Below are positions 23,974 through 31,744 of a stretch of 64,000 nt of DNA, in pieces. The position numbers and the translations under genes are program-made. The notes under the pieces are model-generated. The model was given only the letters and a program-made list of their open reading frames with translations. It did no database searches and was not told where the DNA came from. The stretch spans positions 1 through 64,000 of the forward strand of contig JAEOTO010000032.1 of assembly GCA_016839805.1 (NCBI GenBank). Reading direction: 5' to 3'. This DNA is from Candidatus Hermodarchaeota archaeon (GTDB taxonomy: Archaea > Asgardarchaeota > Hermodarchaeia > Hermodarchaeales > Hermodarchaeaceae). Positions within the stretch are counted from its first letter, which is position 1. Each line of letters opens with the position of its first letter.

Positions 23974-24570
23974 GTGACAGATGAGAAATCCTTGGAGATA
24001 AAAGCTCCTGAAGATGAACGTCCACAACTCCCGGATGAATCTATCCCTGCACAATTTTCACGCGGTCGAGTCACTGTGAAGGGAGAGCAGGCGCCCCTAC
24101 TGTATGAGGCTGGATATTATGGTACCTTGAAGAATGGAAATAAATTGATATTAGAGCCAGAAGAAGTTTTATTGTTAGTTCGACGCCAACGCATTCAAGT
24201 ATCGGATTCAAAGGGAACTAATTTTGAATTTGCTGATTTACTGGAACAACTTGGTGAACGGCATCCAGGTTTGTGGACTAGGTTTCTTGTATATAGTGAT
24301 CTACGAAGCCGTGGATATGTCGTCCGGACAGGATATGGTAAGGGGTTATTATTTCGGGTATATCCACGTGGAGCTAAACTCAATGAAGCGACAGCAAAAT
24401 ATTTCGTGTGTGTCATTTCAGAGGGGGTGCCATTAAAAGTTACAGAAATTGAGACTTTCAGTAAGCAGGCAAAGCGCAATCGAAAGAAGCTAATGCTTGC
24501 TGTCCTAGACCGACAAGGTGAAACGACCTACTACCTTGTAGCTCCTGCAGATATTGTTGCAGAGAAATGA
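23974..24570 (+). CDS. endA: tRNA splicing endonuclease subunit (possibly the structural subunit)
   Basis: FLVYSDLRSRGYVVRTG..FRVY, RKKLMLAVLD..TTYY; the catalytic His position reads TAKY. Confidence 0.85.
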   Translation: MTDEKSLEIKAPEDERPQLPDESIPAQFSRGRVTVKGEQAPLLYEAGYYGTLKNGNKLILEPEEVLLLVRRQRIQVSDSKGTNFEFADLLEQLGERHPGLWTRFLVYSDLRSRGYVVRTGYGKGLLFRVYPRGAKLNEATAKYFVCVISEGVPLKVTEIETFSKQAKRNRKKLMLAVLDRQGETTYYLVAPADIVAEK

Positions 24571-24584
24571 TATAATTGGAGGAG

Positions 24585-24706
24585 TGGCGGGCCCGCCGGG
24601 ATTTTCGGCGTCTCTGAAGAAAGACGCATTCGAACCCGGGATTACCAGCTTAGGAGGCTGGCGCCTTCTTCGGGGATATGCTCCAATCCGACTTGGCCAC
24701 GGGCCC
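24585..24706 (-). tRNA. tRNA-Arg(CCT) with D-loop and T-loop (59/60) introns
   Basis: GGGCCCG/CGGGCCC acceptor stem, CCAGC-CT-CCT-AA-GCTGG; BHB helices TCGG/CCGA and TTCG/CGAA. Confidence 0.88.
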
Positions 24707-24753
24707 TTGACCTTCAATTGCGCAAAGAAGTTAGTACTTATGCTCTTTTTGCT

Positions 24754-25440
24754 TTACCGTTGCAGTAGCGTCGCACCTTTGCCCTTACCGACGTAGACGA
24801 CATCTGCATAAGTGGGGAAGAGACCGTTTTCGAGAACCCCTGGAATGACGTTCAGACGTTCTTCTAGCCTAGCAGGGTTTGGAATTTGTGGAAATGTTAC
24901 ATCTAGTATGAAGTTTCCATTATCAGTGATTATTGGTCCAGCCTTTCGATCAGCTTGACGAAGCCTCGGTGAGCCGCCTAGTTTTTGGATTCGATCCATA
25001 GTAAGAGCAAGAGCGTCTGGCAGTATTTCTACTGGAACTGGCATCCTGGTGCCCAACTTATCAACGAGTTTGGCACTATCCACGATAATAATTAGTTGTT
25101 GGGCTGCTGCGGCTAATATCTTCTCCCGCAGGAGTGCAGCTCCACCCCCCTTGATAAGTGCAAGTTTCGTGTCAACTTCATCTGCACCATCCACTGCACA
25201 CACAAGACTTGTAACACGCCCAAGCGGCAGAGTAGCGATTCCCGCATCATGAAGTCGCAGCTCTGTGGCATAAGAGCTAGGAACGGCCGTAATTGAAATA
25301 TTTTCAGCCGCGACCTTCTCGACTAGTAATTCAATAAAAAGTTCAACTGTTGATCCAGTTCCAACGCCTAGACACATTCCATCTGAAACGTGGTTGATTG
25401 CCGCTTCTGCAGCCAGACGTTTTTCCTCAGCAGATGTCAT
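24754..25440 (-). CDS. rpiA: Ribose-5-phosphate isomerase A
   Basis: GVGTGST, DGADEVD, IKGGGAALLREKI, TDNGNFILD. Confidence 0.96.
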   Translation of the reverse strand: MTSAEEKRLAAEAAINHVSDGMCLGVGTGSTVELFIELLVEKVAAENISITAVPSSYATELRLHDAGIATLPLGRVTSLVCAVDGADEVDTKLALIKGGGAALLREKILAAAAQQLIIIVDSAKLVDKLGTRMPVPVEILPDALALTMDRIQKLGGSPRLRQADRKAGPIITDNGNFILDVTFPQIPNPARLEERLNVIPGVLENGLFPTYADVVYVGKGKGATLLQR

Positions 25441-25548
25441 TTTGTATCCATCCTTCTACCAGATACACACGTATATCATTTCAAACACTTGACCCTTAAA
25501 AATCCCATATAGAAATCAAGTTACTTAAAGAAAATAAATAGTGTAAAG

Positions 25549-25765
25549 ATGGAGCCTCGGGCGAGAAAGTTCGTGTCCATGAAGTACACGATTCGTTGGA
25601 ATAGTGCCGATATCGAGAAAAGGGAAATACACTAGCGTTCTTGCTAAGCAAGAAGGCTGAAAAATATCGGTCTTATCCGTTCCATATCAGGGCCCTTTCC
25701 GTTGCCCTCACCATCCAGCCATTTATGGTCATGGAGGGCGTGTTTGCGTTACCGACAAACATAGC
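25549..25765 (-). ncRNA. Predicted guide-RNA scaffold plus guide for the Cas12f-like nuclease
   Basis: Successive hairpins after the stop codon (TGTTTG/CAAACA, GCCCTC/GAGGGC, CCGATAT/ATATCGG, TTCTTGC/GCAAGAA, TCGTGT/ACACGA), then GAAC and a tRNA-like 20-mer. Confidence 0.6.
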
Positions 25766-25768
25766 GAG

Positions 25769-27121
25769 TTATTCCATCTTTACTATTTTCTTAATTTGAC
25801 GTTTACCACGACGTGCTAGTTCAATTGCAGCGTTTACATCTCTTGGGAGTTTTATGCCACAGGCAGGACACCGAAAAACAGAATGACTAAATCTCGTTAA
25901 CAGACAAAGACATCCCCGAGGGCAGATGCAACTAGAATAAGCTGCATTTACCCAAATGACCGGAATACTATGTAATGCCGCGTTTCTCTGGATGGTTTTC
26001 CCCATTTCTCCTCTAGCCCATTTACTAAGTTGATCCCGTAATTTCGGCTTTGCCCAAGGTGTTCTTCTTCGAGTAGGTTGATAAGTGCTAAGATTTTCAA
26101 GAGAAATAATTGGGTGATTAAACTGGGCTGCGTAGCGTACTATCACGTTAGCAGTTGTGTTAATCCAATGTTTAATTATACGTTGGGTTTTTTTGTCGAG
26201 GGCTTGGATCTCTTCAGACTTATTTAGTCTTGAAGCTTTTTTTCGTTTCCCCCAAAGTTGTCCTAGCTGATGTTTAAGCCGTTTCCCGGATACTACCTTT
26301 GCAGGAAGTATTCGTTCGTCATTGGAAATTGCTACTGCAGCAGCAAGAGAATTAATTCCCAAATCAACACCTATCACTGTTGGATTGGTTAAATTTTCTA
26401 TTTTGGGAACATTGACTTTAGTTGTCACTGGAACAGCCAAGTAGACTTTCTCTTCACGGTTAATGAGCCTTGGAGCTCCTATCGAATATCCTTCTTTTCC
26501 ATTGAGTGCTTGACGGATAAGTTGTTCAGGTTTGCCACCAATAACAGCTCGTGTTTTAACAACCACCCTGTCAATAGATACATGGATATCTTGAGTGTCT
26601 GAGTCAATGAAAATCCGTAGGTTGGTCTGAGGCCATTGACCACGTTGACTGCCTGGCCAACCTTTGAGGTTATCTGAATATGAAACTATTCGGTTTAGCC
26701 CCGGCAAAGGTTCAGGTAAATCAATACATTTCTTCGAAGTCCATCTAGTCCAACTCTTTAGTATTTCGTAAGTTAGAACGCGTTCCTTTTTCCAATAAGA
26801 TAACCATTGATAGGCTTCTCGTCCTGCCCGATCCAACATACGTGCTGGAAGTTGAGCAAAAGTTGGATGTTTCCGTAATTCGTGATAGATTTCCTTTTCT
26901 GTACAGTTTCCCTCCTGTAAAAGGTTAATAAATCGTCGGATTGCTCGGGTGTATAATCGTCGTAATCGATAAACTACATTTGTAGTAACTTCAGGTAAAC
27001 TAAGCCAAACAGTTCGTGTAACGGATTCAATCGTTTGGATATGATTTTGAACTCCTTTAAGCGGTCGTTCAGAGGATTCAACTACTTCAGATAATGCCGC
27101 GATCTCTATTTGACCCATCAA
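25769..27121 (-). CDS. Divergent TnpB/Cas12f-like RNA-guided nuclease (450 aa)
   Basis: RuvC VIGVDLG / ISLENL / PRDVNAA, VNAAYSS..C and CPACG zinc finger; atypical N-terminal half. Confidence 0.8.
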   Translation of the reverse strand: MMGQIEIAALSEVVESSERPLKGVQNHIQTIESVTRTVWLSLPEVTTNVVYRLRRLYTRAIRRFINLLQEGNCTEKEIYHELRKHPTFAQLPARMLDRAGREAYQWLSYWKKERVLTYEILKSWTRWTSKKCIDLPEPLPGLNRIVSYSDNLKGWPGSQRGQWPQTNLRIFIDSDTQDIHVSIDRVVVKTRAVIGGKPEQLIRQALNGKEGYSIGAPRLINREEKVYLAVPVTTKVNVPKIENLTNPTVIGVDLGINSLAAAVAISNDERILPAKVVSGKRLKHQLGQLWGKRKKASRLNKSEEIQALDKKTQRIIKHWINTTANVIVRYAAQFNHPIISLENLSTYQPTRRRTPWAKPKLRDQLSKWARGEMGKTIQRNAALHSIPVIWVNAAYSSCICPRGCLCLLTRFSHSVFRCPACGIKLPRDVNAAIELARRGKRQIKKIVKME

Positions 27122-27192
27122 TCCAACCTAATACCAAATAACATGAACACGCGTTTATTTCCATTAGAGACTTGGTTATAAATGAAAAATAA

Positions 27193-27269
27193 TGGAGCCT
27201 CAGCCGGGATTCGAACCCGGGATCCCCACCTTACCAAGGTGGTGCGCTACCATGCTATGCCACTGAGGC
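27193..27269 (-). tRNA. tRNA-Thr(GGT), no intron
   Basis: GCCTCAG/CTGAGGC-T-CCA, CCACC-TT-GGT-AA-GGTGG. Confidence 0.93.
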
Positions 27270-27282
27270 TTGACAAATGATA

Positions 27283-27464
27283 TGGTGCCGAGGGCGGGCG
27301 TTCCGCGAACTCCAACGGATTTCGTTTCGAACCCGCGACCTCCAGATGTCTCCGGCGCCAGTCATCATAATATTCTGACCCTGGGGCAAAGCCCTATGAG
27401 TATCGCCCTAATATTCCAAGAATGGTTACTAGTCTGGCGCTCAACCAGGCTAAGCTACCTCGGC
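27283..27464 (-). tRNA. Elongator-type tRNA-Met(CAT) with three introns (30/31 at 27402-27433, 37/38, 59/60)
   Basis: GCCGAGG/CCTCGGC acceptor stem; removing three BHB-bounded inserts gives CCAGA-CT-CAT-AA-TCTGG and GCGGG-TTCGAAG-CCCGC. Confidence 0.85.
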
Positions 27465-27547
27465 AGGAGTTATCCTCAATTGGTTCCTTTTAAGCATTAT
27501 TCTACTTTCTCAACGTATTATCTAAACCCATTTCTAATGCAACAGAG

Positions 27548-27720
27548 AGACGCCCTATGAGTCTGGCCGTTGTCCGAAACCTATCCACTAAGACCTGCAA
27601 ACTTAGTAGTGTTCGGTTCCTGCATCATCGACGGGCACTGACCCGTAATAAGCCTGCAACCTCCCGTCTCAAGACAGGCGTTTTGTGTCTCCGACCAACT
27701 GGCGGCGACTAATTCTAAAT
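27548..27720 (-). ncRNA. Predicted omegaRNA of the IS607-type TnpB; scaffold ends ...GGTTTCGGACAACGG (27567), guide CCAGACTCATAGGGC follows
   Basis: IS607-like right end ending in AACGG just after the stop codon; 5' boundary approximate. Confidence 0.7.
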
Positions 27721-28798
27721 TAAGACTTGCATTCAGGTCACGGTCAATCACTAAACCACAATGTTCGCACGAAAAAAGGCGAGTAGATAAAGCCAGTTTA
27801 GATTTAATGTTACCACATTGAGAACATCGCTTTGAGGACGGAAAAAACCGAGGTGCAAAGATTAACTTGGATCCGTACCATTTCGTTTTATATTCGAGTT
27901 GACGACGAATCTCGGAAAAGCTCACATCTGAAAGAGCTTGGCTCAGAAATTTATTTTTAACCATTCCTTGAACATTTAGATCTTCAACAACGATTTGGCT
28001 GTGGTTCTTTGCCAAGTATGTCGTTAATTTGTGAAGACAGTCTATCCGAATGTTGCTTATACGCCAATGTAACCGACTCAGCCTGATAACGGCTTTTTGA
28101 CGATTCCTTGACCCTTTTTGTTTACGTGAAATCTGGCGAGATATACGCCTTAATTTTCGCATTTTTCTTGGAAGTGGACGTGGATTCTCAAAAACGGTTC
28201 CACAAGATAGTGTTGCTAAAGACTTGATTCCTAAATCAACACCAACTTTCGGACCTTTGATTAGTAATGGTTCTGGTCTCTCTTGTTCAACGGTGAAGCT
28301 GATAAACCAGCGATCTGCCTTTCTAGAAATTGTGGCAGAAAGTATTCGCCCCGAGACATTCGATTTTTCCTTCAGCCTTAATTGACCTAGCCGAGGAAGC
28401 TGAACTGATTTTTCAAATAATCTAATTGTACCCAGTAGTTTGAAACTATCATGACGTCCCTTCTTTTTGAACTTGGGAAATCCTACCTTCTTACCCTTCT
28501 TTCTCCCACGCCAGAAATTGGCAAAGGCTTTATGAAGGTCGCGAAGTGCCTCTTGAGGGGCACATTTGGACACTTCATACATCCAAGGATAATGGTATCT
28601 TTTTCTTCGATTCAGCTCACGGTGCTGTCGAAAATAATTCGTAAAACGATCCTTTCCTTTCTCTGAGTTAAAGCGTTTGATTCGTTCTTCCAATCCCCAG
28701 TTGTAAACAAATCGAGCGCAACCTGCGTGCTTCACAAGTAGTGTTCGCTGTCGGTTGTTTGGATCCAATTCGTACCGATATCCACGAAGAACTAGCAC
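27581..28798 (-). CDS. tnpB: TnpB, IS607 type, with no serine recombinase tnpA nearby
   Basis: YRYELDPN, SKCAPQEAL, GFPKFKKKG, RuvC GVDLG / VEDL / DRDLNAS, AASWSETQNAC tail. Confidence 0.93.
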   Translation of the reverse strand: MLVLRGYRYELDPNNRQRTLLVKHAGCARFVYNWGLEERIKRFNSEKGKDRFTNYFRQHRELNRRKRYHYPWMYEVSKCAPQEALRDLHKAFANFWRGRKKGKKVGFPKFKKKGRHDSFKLLGTIRLFEKSVQLPRLGQLRLKEKSNVSGRILSATISRKADRWFISFTVEQERPEPLLIKGPKVGVDLGIKSLATLSCGTVFENPRPLPRKMRKLRRISRQISRKQKGSRNRQKAVIRLSRLHWRISNIRIDCLHKLTTYLAKNHSQIVVEDLNVQGMVKNKFLSQALSDVSFSEIRRQLEYKTKWYGSKLIFAPRFFPSSKRCSQCGNIKSKLALSTRLFSCEHCGLVIDRDLNASLNLELVAASWSETQNACLETGGCRLITGQCPSMMQEPNTTKFAGLSG

Positions 28799-29029
28799 GT
28801 CTTTACTATCCCCAATATCTGTGGAACGCGTTTACCATCTGCACGCTAATTGCAAGTGTATAGTTTTTTAGAAAAAGTTGGTATATTATTCACAACAGAC
28901 CCGGTTGGAAAAGTGATGTCCCTAAGGGAAAAGCAATTACGCGAAGCATTTTTTAGCAACGAAATAACGTTGTCACGCCACTAAAGCGCGGGGGCGTGTC
29001 CATGGGTCAGCGCCCTCAATGACTAAGTG

Positions 29030-29140
29030 GCGGGGGTTTCTACAGTATCGTAGACCCCATAGCCAAGCTTGGTCAAAGGCGCAGGACTTAAGATCCTGTC
29101 TCGTAGGAGTTCCCGGGTTCGAAGCCCGGCCCCCGCACCA
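29030..29140 (+). tRNA. tRNA-Leu(TAA) with a 23-nt intron at position 8/9 (29038-29060)
   Basis: GCGGGGG/CCCCCGC acceptor stem, CAGGA-CT-TAA-GA-TCCTG, long variable arm; BHB GGGG/CCCC with GTT and ATA bulges. Confidence 0.88.
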
Positions 29141-29189
29141 ATTCGTCCTCCGAAGAATTAATCTACCGTGTTTGTATAACTGAAAATGA

Positions 29190-29264
29190 GCCTCCGTAGC
29201 ATAGTGGTGGTGCATTGGCCTTGTAAGCCAACGGTCCCGGGTTCAAATCCCGGCGGAGGCTCCA
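29190..29264 (+). tRNA. tRNA-Thr(TGT), no intron
   Basis: GCCTCCG/CGGAGGC-T-CCA, TTGGC-CT-TGT-AA-GCCAA. Confidence 0.93.
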
Positions 29265-29265
29265 T

Positions 29266-30045
29266 TTGCACCTAATACGGGGTTATAAACGGAACTCAGA
29301 AGGAGGGAATACAATGAAGCAACTTTGGGTGCTTAGTACCAACAAGCCGTATCAGACCATGATTACACTTGGAGTTGTGCTTGTTATACTTGCTTTAATT
29401 AATGGCCTTCTTAGATTGGTTCTTAGTTGGTTTCTTGGTTGGATAATTCCCCCATTTTTTGAGTTGATTTATTATTGGATAAGCGTGTTTTGGATTGTGT
29501 TGGGCGTATATTTTCTGTTCTTTACCGGATTTTTATATCACGAATCACGGAGAATCCACCGTGATCCCTTTCCTGAAGAGAGTATCTGCTCAAGTCAATC
29601 TGAACGGCTCGCATATGATTGGTGCGCGATTTGCGGACGCCTTGCTTGCCCAGACGAGTTGATACGAATCCAACAATCCTTAACTTCCTCTTATGGTATG
29701 TTTAGCTTTGATGGAGTAGCCTGTCACGATTGTGCACAGCGTCGTGTGAAAAGGTATGCAATTTTATCACCCGCCCTATTTGCCATTTTCTTCCCGTTGG
29801 CGCTGATTCCTCTAGTGAGTCTATTGCAAATGATGCCACCGAGTTTTAGCATCATCGTTTGGACCGTCTTAGTAGTTATTTTAAGTATTATTGCTATCTT
29901 CGGTGTTTGGAATTGGCGACGCCTTTTCCGTAAAGTGATTACCCCTTTATCTCAACAACCTGATCTGATGATTTCCATTAAAGAACGACTGGCAGAAAAG
30001 GGCATGGTGGGCAATAAGGCTGTATTTCGTAAGATTCCCAAATAA
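29266..30045 (+). CDS. Hypothetical 4-TM membrane protein with a Cys-rich (possibly Zn-binding) loop; start likely ATG 29314
   Basis: Hydrophobic segments flank C..WCAICGRLAC...CHDC. Confidence 0.65.
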   Translation: MHLIRGYKRNSEGGNTMKQLWVLSTNKPYQTMITLGVVLVILALINGLLRLVLSWFLGWIIPPFFELIYYWISVFWIVLGVYFLFFTGFLYHESRRIHRDPFPEESICSSQSERLAYDWCAICGRLACPDELIRIQQSLTSSYGMFSFDGVACHDCAQRRVKRYAILSPALFAIFFPLALIPLVSLLQMMPPSFSIIVWTVLVVILSIIAIFGVWNWRRLFRKVITPLSQQPDLMISIKERLAEKGMVGNKAVFRKIPK

Positions 30046-30116
30046 TGAGCCTTCTCTCTCATCTTACTGCATTAGATAAGATTTATCAAGCACCCGCCAT
30101 TTCCTATACGCGCATC

Positions 30117-30253
30117 GGGCCGGTAGTCTAGTTATCCGGTTACAATATGTGCTGGACTAGAGCGGTATGATGCGAGAAGATAAAACGGGTTCTGTTTTTC
30201 TCGCAAGGTTTGGGACCTCGTGGTCCCGAGTTCAAATCTCGGCCGGCCCACCA
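30117..30253 (+). tRNA. tRNA-Pro(TGG) with D-loop and 30/31 introns
   Basis: GGGCCGG/CCGGCCC acceptor stem; spliced arm CGAGG-TT-TGG-GA-CCTCG; BHB helices CTAG/CTAG and TGCG/CGCA. Confidence 0.87.
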
Positions 30254-30308
30254 CTTTTTCAACGCAGGAGAGTTCGTAACCTTTTTATAGCAGAGATTGG
30301 TGATGCTG

Positions 30309-30430
30309 GGTGGCGCGGTCATAGAAGCTGGGTCACACCCGGTCTCGTCAGATCCCGGAAGTTAAGCCGGTTTCGTCGCTGTGAGTACTGATGTCCGAGA
30401 GGTGTCGGGAAAATGGTGAACTGCGCCACT
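30309..30430 (+). rRNA. rrf: 5S rRNA, unlinked from 16S/23S
   Basis: Terminal helix GTGGCGCGG/CTGCGCCAC, CACACCCGGTCTCGT, GAAGTTAAGCC, AGTACTG, GGGAAA; about 122 nt. Confidence 0.92.
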
Positions 30431-31651
30431 TCTTTTCCTTTTGAGTTTACCTCGAAGTTGTGTAACCCTAAGCAAAGGTTTTTATTTTACGCAGAACCCG
30501 TTCCGGCATCACCTCTAGGAACCGTGAAGCTGATGATGCAAGTTCCGGGCACAGAATTCAACTGGATTTTTAATTTGATCTTTATAGTCATGTTTATGTT
30601 CATCTATTTGTACGGCACCCGCCTACAGTCCTATATTTGGACAAGGCAAGCTGAAGCAGGGTTAGCTCAGTTAGAAGCTTTGGCTAGACAGGGAAGACAA
30701 ATTGCTCATAATACACTTAAGGATCTCAAGGTGAAAGAGCAGGACATTAAACCTACAATAGATGACTTCATAGAATACTTCGTAATCGAACCAGTTGATA
30801 GAGATCCGGCAGGTGTTATTGGTCGAATTGATCATCTGCTCACTGTGCGCCAGGACGAATACGAAAAAGAAATGGAACAACTAGCCCCAACAGCAACCCT
30901 AGAGCAAAGAGCCAATGCCGAGAGTGTTCTGTCTGGTGTGATGGCTCTCAATTATGTCTACCGTGTCGTTCGACATTTCTTACTCTTAGGAAAGAAAACA
31001 AAGAGCATCTACTATACGATGCAATTACAAATGCAATTACCTATGATCATTCAAATGGCGAAAGCCTATTTTGAAGCCGTTCGGGCCTTTTCCGATGGCA
31101 AACCCATCGGTGACGGAATGGGACCTCTTGCTATTGCTCACTTTGCTAAAGAGATAAAAGCGGATAAGATCGAGGAGTTAGACCCACGGACAATAGCTGT
31201 TGCGGGTGAATTTGAAGGACGGGACTTGTGGTTTGTTCGTGCCAAGGGGCCAGCAAGCTTTGTGGGACATCCAGGTAAGGGCGTTGAAACCCTTGTTGAG
31301 CGGAATAAAGGTAAGATTGCAATGGTCATTACAGTCGACGCTGGGATGAAACTTGAAGGCGATGATAGCGGTCATGTTATTCGAGGTGTTGGTGCAGCGA
31401 TTGGTGATGCGGGTCCTGAAAAAATCGCAATTGAAGAATCGTGCCGGAAATACAATATTCCATTGTATGCCATCGTTATCAAAGAAGCTCTAGAAGATGC
31501 ACTTGCTCCAATGAAGAAAGTTCTTGTGGATTCTGTCCATTTGAAAGAGAAAGGTGTAATTGATAAAATCAAAAAACGTATACTGGATAGAACCAAGAAG
31601 GGCGAACGCATTATTGTGGCTGGAATTGGCAATACAATTGGCATTGGTTAA
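30413..31651 (+). CDS. DUF1512-like conserved archaeal protein (true start probably near 30532)
   Basis: IEPVDRDPAG, GKPIGDGMGP, TVDAGMKLEG, GVGAAIG, GIGNTIGIG. Confidence 0.75.
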   Translation: MVNCATSFPFEFTSKLCNPKQRFLFYAEPVPASPLGTVKLMMQVPGTEFNWIFNLIFIVMFMFIYLYGTRLQSYIWTRQAEAGLAQLEALARQGRQIAHNTLKDLKVKEQDIKPTIDDFIEYFVIEPVDRDPAGVIGRIDHLLTVRQDEYEKEMEQLAPTATLEQRANAESVLSGVMALNYVYRVVRHFLLLGKKTKSIYYTMQLQMQLPMIIQMAKAYFEAVRAFSDGKPIGDGMGPLAIAHFAKEIKADKIEELDPRTIAVAGEFEGRDLWFVRAKGPASFVGHPGKGVETLVERNKGKIAMVITVDAGMKLEGDDSGHVIRGVGAAIGDAGPEKIAIEESCRKYNIPLYAIVIKEALEDALAPMKKVLVDSVHLKEKGVIDKIKKRILDRTKKGERIIVAGIGNTIGIG

Positions 31652-31744
31652 TTATTCACAACGAGACCCCTCAATTTTGAAGAATCTTGGCTAGGAGTAA
31701 AACTTTTCCAGCAGAACATTAGAGCAGGGCATGAGGACTGAATC

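Noticed and set aside
25441-27192. CRISPR array for the Cas12f-like gene
   Set aside because: No repeat-spacer periodicity seen on either side, and no cas1/cas2 in the window.
25549-27210. Integrase island bounded by tRNA-Thr att repeats
   Set aside because: No integrase is present, the repeat is only 15/18 identical, and it sits exactly where a guide is expected. Disfavoured but not excluded.
27421-27440. Reading this tRNA's anticodon as AGT (Thr)
   Set aside because: Those bases lie within the 30/31 BHB intron; splicing gives CAT with a Met-type acceptor stem.
21761-28798. Nuclease-dead TnpB regulators (TldR-like)
   Set aside because: All three proteins retain the RuvC D, E and D residues.
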